The notes under the pieces: model-generated | What the model saw: the letters and a program-made list of their open reading frames with translations, nothing else | What the model was told of the DNA's origin: nothing | Databases searched by the model: none | Program-made: the position numbers and the translations under genes | In this document: piece by piece, positions 36,288-50,764 of the stretch | Numbering within the stretch: the stretch's first letter is position 1 | Layout of the letters: each line of letters starts with the position of its first letter | Source: Diadema antillarum | Lineage: Eukaryota | Direction of reading: 5' to 3' | DNA: 64,000 bases | Assembly: GCF_040938485.1 (NCBI RefSeq) | Contig: NW_027271066.1 | Location: 868,001 to 932,000 of the forward strand

Positions 36288-39011
36288 TGACCATGTGAGT
36301 GAGGGTCCTCGGAGCAAACAAGGGCTACATCGGCGCAACCATCATGGTATCATGTAGGATCATCAATGTGGTGTAAAGGCTTGTCAGCTTGCCTCATTCT
36401 GAGGTTTTGATGCATGGCAAGTCAATTATCCTTTGGTGGAAAAATGTCAGGTCGCTGTGATGTTAAGGAACCGTGATTTTTTCACATCAGAGTTGGATGA
36501 AGTGCTTCATAGCAGCAGTATGACTTTTGGAGCATTTAAGAGAGATGTGTGTGTGATGATCAGATGCAACATTGGATCCTCTCACACCGGATGACACCAG
36601 GGTTTGGAGAAGACTTGTTCGTCATTGGGAAGAAGCTCTTTGGTCTGAAAACAGACTGAGCAAACATTCTCAACTGCTTGAAGATCGCAAAGTTCACACG
36701 CCCTATCTGTATATTGTATGTCATACCTCATACGCTTTTGATGATGTCTGAATACAGTTTTAGCTCGGAGACATTTTTATAATGATTTTGATGTAACCTG
36801 CACTGTGCAGGCATTTACATTTTCAACATAATATCTTACAGCCATGTGATATCATACATGAATTGATGACAAAAAGGCAAAATATCACATGGTGACAGTG
36901 AGAGTATCAGAAACTGACTGGTGATTTGCTATCCACGCTGTACAGTGTTTGTTCATCATCACGGCAAATTTAATGTTTTTGTGCAATAGAGAAGCAGAGA
37001 TGAGTGATGAAGAAAACATCTCCAATCCCCAACATCACTCGGTAGAACCATACAGTTGGAGCACTGAAAACCTATATTTCTTATCACATAGGCCTAGTTT
37101 GATAATCCAGTAAGCATAGACGTAAGGTGTCTCTAGAGGGATATGTTTGGCACTTAGACCAATGAGGCAGACATACCTGCAGAATGAAATCTAGTGATGA
37201 CTCTTGTATGCCAAAAAATGTACAAATTGAAATATTTTAATGAGTGTGATTTTAGTGATGATGAGATAGAATACAAATTCTGCGTTTTGCAATTTATTTG
37301 TTTGTTTGTCTGTTGGTGTAAGAATAAAAGTGTCAGAGAGGAAACGCCTTTTGGTCCTGGTACAGTGTGGGGTTTGATAATACTCTGCTGTACCTATCCA
37401 TTTGAGCGACTTGTTAAGATTCATTCTCCATACGTATGATACACCATGTGGTGTTATAGAATTTATATGTGTGCTACAGCTCATGTGAGGCACGGTCAGA
37501 AAGGATCGGCAGCCTCAATATCAAATCTGTCAAAGTGAAAAAAAAAACAACAAAAACTTTGCAGTTTATCAAGGGTTCAGTTCAATTTTTGATGTCATTA
37601 TTGCTTTTGTCATGCTAATAATAATGATGATAATGAATAATTGCTTGCTAAGTGCTCAGTTGATTACGGACAAATGGCAGTTAAAAAAACAGAAAGATGC
37701 AAACAGCCTTGGAGCTAGATGGCAATCTGTATCACAAACCAAACACAATTTGTTCCTCTCCCTTTTCTTCTATTACCAGTAACAACCCGTTTCTTTTATG
37801 ATGTCCCTGGCAGGCAATCAAACTGACAATAGTACCAGACGAAAGAAATCCCCTGGGTAGACTCAATGACAATCAAATTTAGAAATATTCTGCCTGTGTC
37901 TGTGTTAAATGGTGTTTATCAGACATTCAGGCATCGTAATGATAGATTCAAACGGAAAGAAATCAGCTCCTGAATGTTTTTTGAAATTGTGACATGTACG
38001 AACTGATCACTCCAGGAGGTACATTGTATCTAGCTATATCTCATTGGCCCATTTGTGCTGTACAAACAAGTGAAGCCGCAGCGCCGCCATGTTACTAGGC
38101 ACACTCTACGGGACTTTGCTGGCATTTTCCAGCAGAGACTGTCGCCAAGATCATGTGATGTCATGAGCTACTGTACAATGTACGCACACAAGTGTATGGG
38201 CGATGTGCTTGGTAAGATGGCGGCACGGTGGCTTCAAAAGGATTGGTCTATGAGATATCTAGGTACTTCCTGTGGATAGACAGTGCGTGTAGGTAGCATT
38301 AAAGGTCAATGCAATGGCCTTGCTTCCTGCCTGGACGAATGACCTCATGGTATCCAAAGCATGTTGGGATGCTGGCAATTTAGAAGGAAATAGAATTGTA
38401 GTCTAATTTTTAGTATATACATTTCTTTGTCAGTAACTCACATGTCAGCAGAAACACAAATATATTGAATACTTAATTCTTTTTTTCTTACTTTCGAAAC
38501 TGCCACTTTTGTAGAATTTGAAGTCGGCTGAACAATGTAATCAAAAGAAAACAAAATGACACAGCAGACAGTATTATCATTATTTTTTTTCCCCATCATA
38601 TGAAGTTGTATTATTTAATGTTATGAAATACTAACTTTTTGTTATCATTAGCAAATCAAGAGCAACAACAAGTAGTTGCATTCCTTTCGTAGCATTTCAG
38701 GATACAAGATTCAAAATGACCAATGTGTGGTACATTCTTGATGCTACATGTACTTGTGTATGTTCTTGCAAGTTGGAAGCTACTTCATGTGTTGTAACTG
38801 GGAATGTGAGGGTAAAGAGTTGCTGAATTAGAGCTCTGTATGGTCTATCAGCCCTTTGTGGCATGGAAGAGATAAAATACTTAATAGTATGTGAAGGTGC
38901 AATGGTAAACTCTAGATTGATTTAGGGCTTCCTGTGTATACATACGTACATTCAGCCATTGACTGAACAAAAAGTGTATACTATGTGAAGCAATACACAT
39001 TCATTGTCATA

Positions 39012-39227
39012 TACTGCATAAGCTGTTATTTTCGCGAGGGTTTAATTTTCGCGAATCACAGTTGGATCGCGAATTTAACAACACGCGAAAATGTCTCCAT
39101 GCGCTAGGGTAATAGTGCATTTACGTTAGCATCGGCATCAGTGCGCGGAAACAACATCTTGCGAAAATGTCTATGACATCCTCATTTGCGAAAATATCTG
39201 CATGCAAAAATAACAGCATATACAGTA
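39012..39227. mobile_element. MITE family A copy
   Basis: Same termini and internal CACAGTTGGA(T/C)CG motif as 4366-4585. Confidence 0.85.
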
Positions 39228-40204
39228 TGATGAAAGGGTTTGAAGTCATGTAGACAAACACAAAACCAAACTAAGTAATGTGTTCTTCATTTGTTAGTGA
39301 GTAAAGTGTTTTGTGTGTATTTTTTCTTTTGAGCAAAAGGTTCTCAATTGATTTCAAAGAAGATCATTGTTTCACTTTACTCTATTGAATTTCAAGGTAG
39401 CGTGAGCAGTCTGTAGGCTTTCTCATATGTTCAAAAGTGTTCAGGAAAAATTCAAATCGGTTGAGGTAAAAACCTTTCAGTCGAATTCACCAATTTAGTT
39501 TTGTTGATTTATAAGGAAAAAAAAAATCAGTGGCTTAAATTAAGCCCATGGATCAAAGCAAGCACTAAATAGGTGTAATTTTGGCATTTTTGCATTAATG
39601 CCCAGTTATTATCGGATATACGATTCTGTTGGTGCACATGATCTGTCACACACATTATTTTACACAGACGAAATTTGCATATTCCATTAGCAATAGTTTA
39701 ACTATCTTGGTGAAATTTGGCCATTGTGCTTGATTTTGAAAGGGAGTAAAACTAGAAAGATACTGGTTATCTGCGTACTTACATCAAATGGGTGCAATCA
39801 ACTCTTCAGTTTACCTTACATGAGGCTGTATATATCAGGCTTGGCTTTTCTTTTTGTTTTTGTAATTAATGCATTATGTAGGTGCATTCACATTGAAATT
39901 ACCTTGCTATTAAATACACAGTAATTTGTTTTCACCATTCTAGTAAATAGATACTGCAGCATATCACTTGGTACCGTTTTAACACAAAGTACCGTGGCAC
40001 TTCTAGCCCGAAAGTACACCTGTACCTACAGTGAGAAGATGGGGAAGCGGGTCACATCATGTGGAGAAAGAAGGAAGGATCTGATCCACACTCAAATATT
40101 GCATGCATATGTAATTCGGATAATTCGTGCAAAGTTTGAATTACCAGCCAAAGTACCATGGTCTTTTGCGAGGTATTTCATGAGGTATTTGCGTTCACAT
40201 AATG

Positions 40205-40368
40205 CAAGGTTGCACACTGGCGCTGGTCCGACGGCCCTTGACCAGTAAAAATCACTGTCAGACCAGTAACTTTTTCAGGAATTTACTAGTGAAAAATGGA
40301 AAGAACTTCGTACTTAGACCGACCGACAGGTTGGACCAGTAGAAGAAATGGGTTAGTGTGCAGCCCTG
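40205..40368. mobile_element. CAGGG-ended MITE (copy 2)
   Basis: CAAGGTTGCACACT / AGTGTGCAGCCCTG TIR; flanks CATAATG/CATAATA. Confidence 0.75.
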
Positions 40369-41369
40369 CATAATAAAATAATGCATGAAAATACTGTGGT
40401 ATTTTAGATATCGCTGTATGTCACCATTAGAGTGAATGGGCCTATTGCTTATCCTATAGATATCTGTACACTGCCAGTGGATATAGACAATGAAGAGCTT
40501 AGTCTTAAAACAATATGGCCCAATATCACGTGGGACAGTTGTTATGTATTTGATGTGTAGCTTTAAACATGATGACTATAGGAAATGCCTTCTTGCTGAG
40601 CTTAAGTTTAAACAGATGTTACTGATATTACAAAAATACAAAGAAACCAAAGACTCATGTAACAATGACCTGTCACGCATGGCATCAATTGGAACATAGA
40701 TTTTAAAAATTAGAATGAAGATATCAATTTTTTTATAAATAGATTATTGATAATATAACTTTCTTTTTGTAGGTTAATGTGCTGGGAGGGGCCTTTATTG
40801 TATAAAATATTTTGAAGTTGAAAAAATTGAATGTAGAAGGGAGTTTTTACACTGAAGGCATGGAAATGAGAAAATACAACAGTTGGTGGTATATTTTTCA
40901 TAGAGTTGGATTATTTATCAGAGACTGATGGCTGTAACCTGGAAACTCGGTGATCTCGTGGTTCTATTTCATTTGTTTATTGTTTATCTCTTCTATTGTG
41001 TGTTATGTTTTTGACTTGCTCTAAACTTTTTCTTTAACTGTTACCATCCCACTGTACATACTTCATTATTTTTCCACATTTTTCATGGAAGGTGATTTAA
41101 ATCAAACAAATCTGAGCACTGATGTGAAGATAGGGTATCCTTCTCTCATTGTGATTCACATTAAAAAAAAAAGACCCTACAAGCAGATTATTTTACCCTT
41201 TAAGACGCAGCGTCCCCCATGTTACATCATTGTACATACAATATACTATGAAACTTGTACCTTCTTGTGCTAGATTGAATGTGTGCTGTCTATGGTACAT
41301 TTCTGTGCATGGATATTGATGTTGAAGGAGAATTCCAACATGGAGAGGGAGGATGGGGGAGAGCAGACT

Positions 41370-41411
41370 CACATACAAACATACAAACATACAAACATAC
41401 AAACATACAAA
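41370..41411. repeat. (ACATACAA)n microsatellite
   Basis: Direct reading. Confidence 0.9.
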
Positions 41412-42238
41412 CACCACACATTCGTAAAGATGCTCAGTTTGTCCAGATTCATGCAGAGGGACCCCTTTATTCATGCAAATTCTATGACAGCATGCTCAAT
41501 GGGGCATATCTTAAATTCCATCTATGCACACTATTCATTGATTAGATGTCTCACTCAAGGTTGATTGGCAATTTGTGATTTTCATGTACCTCCTTTTATC
41601 TGGTACACTGTACATTCTGACATTGTTCTAACTTCATGATATGTTACACTTGATGAAGACTTTTAGGTGATTATTAGTATTATACAAATCATTTATACAA
41701 GCTCCCTGTTGAAACTATTATGTACTTTGGGATATTTCTACATGTGATATTTCTATTGCTGGTCTATTACAAGGTATCTTTGTGTATTTTTTAATGATTA
41801 TAACTTTGTAATGAATGTTTATTGTCCGTTAATACCACATTATGTGTATCTCCTCAATGTAGATGTCGTGTATAAGCATCTTTAATGCTTCATTTAGTCA
41901 TGTAGGTAGACTTTGTATTACATTGGACAGAATGATCCTGTCTTTTTCTTGAATAACATCAGCAATAAGACTTAAATCCAGGAAGTATTTTACCTTCTTT
42001 AGAATTCTATTTGTAACCACCCAGCTCAAAACCCACACAAAGTCACAGATTAGGCTTCCCTGTAATGGATCAAAATATGTCATTTTATTTTGATCTACTC
42101 ACTTTTTCTTTTTAAGTTTGTCTAACCTGGGAGAGTACTCTTTTCTCTACCTACTGTCAAAAGTTGGCATAAAACAAAACTGAAATCGAGATATTAGCAG
42201 TTGTTCTGGACCATGAGCTGCTTTCATTGGAAATTTAA

Positions 42239-42800
42239 AGGACAAGTTCACCTTCATAGATATGTGGGTTGAGTGTATGCAGCAATATTAGTAGAACACA
42301 TCAGTGAGAGTTTGAGCAAAATCGGACAATTCGTTCAAAAGTTATGAATTTTTGAAGTTCCTGCTCACTCAAGGCTGGATGAGAAGACTAATATAGCTTG
42401 TGATGTCACATGAGTACAACGAGATAAAGAAAGAATAAAGAAAATTCAACATATTTTCACTATTCTTCCATAACAAAAGAACACTTGACTTCTCTCTTTC
42501 AGAAGGCATGGGGAATAATATTACCCTTAACATATTATGTCAGTAACAAGTCGAAGAAATGTGCACTTTATTCAAAAAGTAAAGTTTTGTGAAATTCTCT
42601 TTTTATTTTCTTTATATGGTTGTACGCATATGACATCATACACTGTAGTAGTCTTCTAATCCAGCAGTGACTACGCAGATACTTTAAAAATTCATAACTT
42701 TTGAACGGATCGTCCGATTTTCCCCAAACTTTCACTGATGTGTTCTGCTAATATTGCTGCATTCACTCAATCCACATGTATATGAAGGTGGACTTGTCCT
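42239..42800. mobile_element. Kolobok-like family C copy
   Basis: Same termini and TTAA flanks as 30801-31369. Confidence 0.9.
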
Positions 42801-45800
42801 TTAATGATGCTCCTGCACAGTATGCCAGAGTGACCTGATCTTTATATTGTCTTTTCTCCCTTTTCTGTGAGACTGCACCTCCCAACTCTCCCATATTGAA
42901 ATCATTTTTTTGAAAGGTTGGGATCGTCCAATTTTAACAAGTTATATATCCCTTGAAAAGCATAGAGCTTTAATACCCTTTCGAACTTTGTAGAAATGTG
43001 GAAATTCATTTAGGGCCACGTTTTGTGGGTTTTGAGCTTGGTGGTCACATTTTGTGAGTTGAGTATTGTTTGAAGCAACGGGTGGCACATGCTTTAGCAA
43101 TATGTGTGTTAGGTTAGTTGCTTCTTTATGTCTGTGTGCTAACATTATGCATCATTGAGATGATGTCAATTTATACTTTGTTGTTGTTGAAATGGATATC
43201 AATCAATCACAGGTGGTTTGCCCATTCTGTAGTTTAACAGTGTAAGTAATATACATTGTATTGATAAATGGCATTTGCAAGATTTCAGACTTAGATGTTG
43301 ATATCAGCTGTAACTCATTTTTCTCGTAATACATGTATGCTGTTCTTCGTAGAATCTTATTTATTCATGTTTTTTAGTTGCACATTTTTTTTTTTTCTTG
43401 TGGGTCGCATTTGGCTGACTGAATTGTCAAGAGGTTTATTACACAGAGTTATCTTTATTTTGCTTACATTTGAAAAGTGTAAGTTGCATGTCCTGGGTAC
43501 GTTTTCTTTTTTTCCCCCCTTCTTCTTCCTAGGTAGTGTCAATACACTAATTCAGGCAGGAGCCAATTTGATATTCAAGTAAAACTAAACAGGGCAGCAG
43601 TTTCAGGAGCGTGTGTGACTAGAGCTTGTCAATTTAATCAGTGATTGTCGTGGCTACCAATGCCAGCAGCTGGGAAGCGACCAAACCCTGCTAAGTGCTT
43701 ACAATAGCTGTAACTGTTGCGACTTACTGTAATTGCGAACATCTCCATTGTTTACATTTATTGCTCACTGCAATTATTACAGCTACCTGTGGTGGGGCAG
43801 CAACCAAGAAACAACAAATCTCATTTAAGTGTTTATGTTGCTGTTAAAGTCAAGTGTAACCATAGCAACTGAACTATCACTGCCCGCTTCCTTATGAGAC
43901 AGATCCCTAGACTATCTTGCTCTGCTTTCTTCTTTCATCTCAGGATGCATGGAATTCTTATTGAATGACTTGAATTAATTTGACCTTGTGACAGGAAAAC
44001 ATTGTACATTTGTAGTACCTATTCTTTCAGATTGTCGCAAAGGTGTAACAGCAGGTATCGATGGGTGTATCACGGTCTCATTGAAATTTGCATAATGCAG
44101 TTTACATGTATTGCTTTTTGAAAAGCGTCATGTGTGATATTGAAGAGCATCATATACATGTAACCTCTTCCCATTCTTACTATGTACACTGATTTCTTCA
44201 GTAATTCATATACCTTTTAATACACTGGTGGTGTAGCTCATTATTGCACATCCAAAATATGTAGCTTGTATTTTGATAACATATTTTTGGACAAAACACT
44301 TACAACGAACTCATATCAAAGTAATGCTGTTGCAACACCCTTTTAATCTCACAGATTTCACAAATTTTTATATTTTCTTATGCTAATGATGATCTTGGAT
44401 AAGTCTGTACATTCCATCATTCTACACGAGGCAGACTCTTCTGCACCCTTTCTGTAGCTAATCATCCTGTCAGCACGATCAGGAATTCACACTAACTCAC
44501 AAATTAAACAATCAGCAAAAATAGCCATTTTCATTGCTATGATAAATAATCACTGACGATTGACACAAAATATTTGGGCCAAACATACTCATTTGCTTCT
44601 AACTAATTGTGTTGGACAGACTTGACATATAAACAGGAATATACTTTTGAGAGGAAGGCATTAGGTTGGGTTTATCAATTTTGGCAAATCAGTTCCTTTT
44701 GCAAATGTCACAAAATTTGCATGGTTAAAGAACAACGTCTCCAAGCAATGTGTATGAAATCTTATGATAATACACCTCAGAGTTGAAAAAAAAAAGAGGA
44801 ATGAAAAACTAACTTTTTGTCACTTGAGAATACCCTCCTCTCTTGTTCTGAGAATAGCTATTGAAATTTTATTTTCTTTTTATTCACATGAATTTACTTG
44901 TGGTCTATAGTATTGTCTCCTCCTCCAGCATAAATGCTGTTTGTTTCAAGTTCTGTTTTTCTGAGGGAGGATCTGAATTACCTACCTCTGTATTATACCA
45001 GCTTCTAATAAAAGGAATCTATTCTTCAGGTTTGCAAAAGGGACACAAATTTTGAATGTCTCTTGCACTCAGTAATGTTTCCACCCAAGCATTTTAAATC
45101 CGGGTGAGGACGGTTCTATATTTACCTCTCCTCATAAGGTTACAGTTATGCATTGCTTGATGTTGCAGCAGATTTGTACATGACTGACTTGATGAAAAAA
45201 ACAAAACAAAACCAAAAGAGAAGCTGTTTACTTTTTAGGAAACTGTGTCACTGTGTTAGTGTTATGCTTATCTGTTTATCAAGGGTGATGTCATGTTACT
45301 AATGGAAACTTCTGTCCCCATCACATGTTCTATTTCTGTGATAGAAAGCTAATATTGTTCTAAATGACTTTGTGTGGAGTCTTTTACCAGTTCCTTATGT
45401 AAGTCTTTAGGGGGTATGCTGACAATCAAAGCACTGCCCAGTCCCTCTGATTCAGCAAAATGTTCCTTCAAAACTAAAAAAATACATTTGTATCTTACAT
45501 GTCAAAAGCTTTGAATTCCTAATTTGATTAGCACTTTTTTTTCCAGTTGAGATGCATGTAAACACAGAAATATCTACCACATACAGGCTGTATCTCCTCA
45601 AAATTGTCCTGAATTTAATGTGTAAATGTAACCATCCCAGCAACTATACCATACCTGATGGTTATGTGCTAACATGAGGTCAAATGACCCTCATTTTAGC
45701 CTAGGTATCATAGTACTAGTGTTGAGATGCACATCAAAACTACTTCTTTTTTCCTTTTTGTCAGTTTGAGAAACTGGAACCAGTGTTGTGAGGCTGATAG

Positions 45801-46507
45801 TGTTTGTTCTCAATGCCAACCATGATGAATTTTGGATCTACTGACTTTCCCTCATCCGTGCTGGGATGCTAATCTATGTGTAGGACAAAACCACGTAGTG
45901 GCATCCTGAATGCAGATGGCTGGGCCTTAAAACACTCTTGGTAATTGAAAAACAGCAGGAACCTCCATGTTGGATGGGCGATGCTGGTAATTGAACCATA
46001 ACATCATTGCCAGGGGGTGTGTGGTAAAATTATGAGACTGCAGGTTTATTGCACGTATTCCTTCGACATAAACACTCCCCCCCCCCCCCCAACCTAAATT
46101 TCATTTTCAAAGTAAAACACCAAGTGCATGTCACTACTGATGTAAAAAAAAATATGAAGTCATGAGAATAAGTAGGTAAGAAAGGTAGTGCTTGGCCCCA
46201 GAATTGGACCTAGAAATAAACTATTATTCATTTGTTGTTTTCAAGGTGCCATTCATGAGAATGTTTCAAATTACTGATTCGAATGAGGTTTACGAGTATG
46301 AGAGAGGCATTGTGCATAAAAAATGGTAATTTTTACCATTATTATTTACCAGTTATAGTAGAAAAAAAATTATTACAGTAACAACACGGTAAACTAGATT
46401 TAAAAAGCATCTTATGGCTGTTTTCATTTGCAGTGCTTTCTCGTTGTTGTTGTATTTTCCCCCAAGAGAGAGAACAGTACCAGCATGCATTCATTAAGCT
46501 TGCCCTT

Positions 46508-46993
46508 GGGGTTGTTTCCTAAAGCTGTTCTTAAATATACGCACGACTTAAGAACGACTGGTAATCAGTCCTTGTGCTGAATGATAAGTATAGCACATCA
46601 GAACGTGTTCCAGTTGTTCTTAAAGGGATTGTACAGCTATGGTTGAGACCTAATTTCAGGTTTCTAACATTTTGTGGTGAGATAATGAGAAACCTCTTAT
46701 AAAATGTGAAAGAGCATGTAATTCTATGAGGAATTCAACATTTATTTGATGAAAATTGGTTTTGAAATGGCTGAGATATCAAAAAATCTTGTTTTTTGAT
46801 GTTTCAGTCATTCCAAACCCGATCTTCGTCAACTGAACTTTGAATTCCTCTTAAAATGGTATGTTCTGTACTATATCATAAGTGTTTTCTTGGTATCTCG
46901 CAAAAAGTTAAAAACCCAATTCCCATCTCCACCAAAACTGTACTATCCCTTTAAGTCGTTTGTAACTTAAAGAACAGCTTTATGAAACACCCC
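46508..46993. mobile_element. MITE family D copy interrupted by the Kolobok-like insertion
   Basis: Halves match 18572-18740 and are split at TTAA. Confidence 0.85.
46624..46950 (-). mobile_element. Kolobok-like family B copy nested in another MITE
   Basis: TTAA|AGGGATTGTAC...GTACTATCCCT|TTAA. Confidence 0.9.
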
Positions 46994-47491
46994 AGGCTAC
47001 TGTGAATCATGAAACATCACAGTATTGGGCATGTCGCATTCAGTCTACAGTATATTAAACAGTATTTGGGGAGGAGTGCAACCAATTAAAGACCTCCCTA
47101 CATATGAAGTGGTGGATGGGAGACTAATATCACAGAAATACGGATTCATAGAGAGCTGTTTATTTATAGAGATAGGATGTTTACCCATTAAGATCTTTGA
47201 TTGTATTGATTTTTGCTTGTAATTAGTGTTGGTACCATGTATTGTAGCAGCTCTGCATGGATATAGGACCATTCCCCCACTCTGTTTAATTCTTCCTATT
47301 TCTGTTGAGATTTATGTAGGCCTACATGTATATATGACCCGCCATAATGTCAGTTTGTTTCTCCTGTGCACAGTGAAAGGTCACAGAGAATCCTTATTTT
47401 GGGTCAGAAAAGGCATGAAAAGGTGTGAATTTCCCCCTTTGTCACTACTAGTATGCAATTGCAGTTTCAGTGGGGCTGGTTTTGGTTTGAA

Positions 47492-48038
47492 TACTATATA
47501 CGCTATAATTTTCGCGTACATAAATTTTCGCGAATTGCCGCTGTCACACATTTTCGCGAGTGGTTAAATTCGCGATTGGGGGACCAGATGAAATATGAAG
47601 TGGCAAAGAAAGTGTGAATTTTCAACTTACTAGCAAATAAGAATGATACTAGTTATACTCTGCATTAAAAAAACTTACCAAACTCTGCGAACTAGTAAGT
47701 TAGAATTCAACATTTTTGAAGTGGTTAAGTCCATTGCGCTAGACTTCTGACGAGTGTCCCCTTGCGATAATGGATTGGCTCTCCAGTACAGTATTCGTAA
47801 GTAGACGTGGACGTGTGCGTGCTATATATTATGTACGTAAACAAGCATAGCCAGCACACTGTATGGTCTGTTCGGTAAGCCATGACTTGGTATACTAGTA
47901 CTGAAATGTTCGTATCATCAAGGCAAGGGATTCATTTTAGAAGGTAATATTTTCGCGTGTTGTTAATTTCGCGAATAGCTCCCGACTCGCGAAATTCGCG
48001 AAAATAAAACCCCCGCGAAATATATAGCGTATACAGTA
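47492..48038. mobile_element. MITE family A, longer member (~550 bp)
   Basis: TACTATATACGCTATAATTTTCGCG...CGCGAAATATATAGCGTATACAGTA inverted termini. Confidence 0.8.
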
Positions 48039-48699
48039 TATGTAAGTTGGTACAGAATTGCTAAAATGAGTTATTTGCATGTTATGAACTCGTGATGGTT
48101 TTCAATTAAAGATTCTGCATATTTTCTATAATATTCATTGGTTGTTAGACAATCATCTATCCCTTTTGGCTAGTCTTCTCAACATGGATTCAACACATGA
48201 CCAAAAAAAAAAAAAAGGAAAAAATTTAATGTGTTTATTAAATTTGCATTTCTATCATTCTTGCCTCACAGAAGGGAATGTAAGAATAGTACCCATATCA
48301 CACCTGTGAGCTGGGGTATAGTTGGAATGTTTCCCATTAGGTCAAACATTGTGTAAACTTACAGTGAAAGAAGAGAGCTTTATAAATAAGTAGAAGAAAT
48401 TTTACTCCAGGGTATACTGTTTGTTGTGTTTGTGTAAGCCCTAGGCAGAATGTTGATGTTGGAACTACATACATCAAGTCATGATACTCTCATGTGGTGA
48501 ATCATAGTGTGTAACATGTCTGTCTTCTGCTAGAATTCACTGTTTAAAAGTCTGTTGCAGTGTCTGTTCGAAATCCTTTAAATAATCATTCAGTTTGTTG
48601 AGAAGGAGGAAGATGTAAACTGTGAAGACTGGACAGACTCAATGTTCTTTGGTTCTATCTTCTCAGTCAAATTTGACATATGTTTAAACATCGTCTCTT

Positions 48700-49080
48700 T
48701 GTCATTTATACTTGGTTTGTTTATCAATCTTTTTTTTTTGTTTGTTAATTGGTTTGTTTCCATTTGTCCAGAATTTGTTTTATATGTGTGTGGCATTGGT
48801 CCAGGTATTTTCCTAACTTTGTTTCATCTAGCTCTGTTTGTTTGTCTCAGTGCCAGCATTGTGTGTTTCTTGCATTATCTTTATCTGTCTGGTATTGTCT
48901 GTGTTTGTGTGGTATTGTCTCTGTCTGTCCGCCAATGTCTCAATCTGTCCAGCATTGTCTCCTTGTACTTAGCATTATCTGGATTTGTCCACAGCTTTCC
49001 TTTGTTTGGTGCTGTCTCCAGCTGTCTAGTATTGTCTCCGCCTGTCTCTTTCTCTTTTGTCATGTCTTGTCTCATCCTTA
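48700..49080. repeat. Degenerate TGTC/TTGT low-complexity tract
   Basis: Dense TTGTCT/TGTCT words; explains the spurious hydrophobic ORFs. Confidence 0.8.
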
Positions 49081-50119
49081 GCTAAAACTCCTATCAGCCC
49101 TGTGAGACTTGTGTCACGTATTCACCACAGCGTACATTTTGTATTTAAATGTCTCACAAAACTTCACCAACACTATCCCATAGAGCCTCCATATACCAGT
49201 AGGTGTGACTGCGAGAAGAAGCACAAGTCGTGTAGCTGACGTGCTGAATTTACAACTCATGTGCCCCATATTTCCATGTTCTTATGTCTGTGTTCAACTT
49301 TGCAACAGGCACACAGAATAAATATTTTATTATTGGATGTTGTTACTGTGTAGTAACTGCACATACTTTCTACATCTCTGTGTAATTCCAGTAGAGGATT
49401 ACAAAGTCTAATCTGCACAAATTGCTTGGTTATGGTATCAGTGCGTAAACAGATTTTCACACCAAGTATTAGATACGTTATTGTGTACATTGTAAGTGTG
49501 TAAATGATAGATTGAATTTCTACAACAGTAATCAGTGGAATGTGGGCTCAGTGCTGTGCAAACTTTTTAGCAGTACCACAAGGGTTGTTACAAAGGAAAG
49601 TATAAACTTACAATGTATCAACTATATTAATTTAATGTACATACATATATTCAAATAAAATCAGATGATATAACTCAATGCAAAGTGCTTTTTGGCATCT
49701 TTATTAGTGTTCCAGTCGCCTTTGGATACAGGAATATGTTGGTGTTTCTAAAGGCAATTATCTCAGCATGCAATTTGTCATACTTTTTCTTTTCTATTTT
49801 TTTTTAAAGAGATGTGGAGTAAAATCAAATAATAAATCCTCAGGAAAATACAGTGTATGTGAATTCATTCAATACAGAATATTTTTTAATTTCATTTAAT
49901 TTATCATTTTTGAAATTCGACAATTCTGATGATTCGCATACTATTAAGTCTTTCCTCCACTCATGAGTTGGATACACCACCCTCCTTTGATTCCGAATAT
50001 CTAGATATTCACAAATTTTCACTTTTCTTTGATATGAGTAGAGATTCTGAATCATCCAACTCGGCATGTAGGATTTTATGTGCTTACATTGAGGTTTTCA
50101 ACAAGTGGAGGAAATTTTA

Positions 50120-50257
50120 NNNNNNNNNNNNNNNNNNNNNNNNNNNNNNNNNNNNNNNNNNNNNNNNNNNNNNNNNNNNNNNNNNNNNNNNNNNNNNNNN
50201 NNNNNNNNNNNNNNNNNNNNNNNNNNNNNNNNNNNNNNNNNNNNNNNNNNNNNNNNN
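50120..50257. other. Assembly gap (138 N)
   Basis: Run of N. Confidence 1.
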
Positions 50258-50379
50258 CAAATGCTAATTTGTTTGTCTGGTGGCCCTCTTGGGCCACTAA
50301 AATCTTTGGTGGCCCAACACCAATATTTAGTGATCCCGGGCCACCGTTAATGTCTAGCCCTCATCATGGACACCTTTGA

Positions 50380-50764
50380 AGGGATGGTACAGTATTGGTG
50401 GAGATGAGAATTGGACTTTTAACTTTTTGCAAGATACCAAGAAAACACTTATGAAATAGTACAGAGCATACCATTTTAAGAGGAATTCAAAGTTTATTTG
50501 ATGAAAATCGGGTTTGGAATGACTGAAACATCCCAAAATAAAGTAAACCAAAGCAATCGTAATAAAAGGTGGGTCCCATACTTTATCAGAATCGCTTTGT
50601 TTTGGATATCTCAGCCATAACAAAACCAATTTTCATCAAATAAACGTCGAATTCCTCATGGAATTAGATGCTCTTTCATATTTTATAGTAAGAGGTTTCT
50701 CATTATCTCACCAAAGAATGTTAGAAACCTGAAATTAAGTCTCAATCAAAACTATATGATCCCG
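50380..50764 (+). mobile_element. Kolobok-like family B copy
   Basis: Homologous to 27709-28090; ends GATCCCG|TTAA. Confidence 0.85.

Noticed and set aside
41135-41144. GTATCCTTCT as a second U12 donor
   Set aside because: No convincing upstream exon or downstream TCCTTRAC branch partner identified; similar words occur by chance (e.g. ~104).
48642-49085. 147 aa and 110 aa hydrophobic ORFs suggesting a membrane protein
   Set aside because: Produced by a degenerate TGTC/TTGT low-complexity tract that lacks stop codons.
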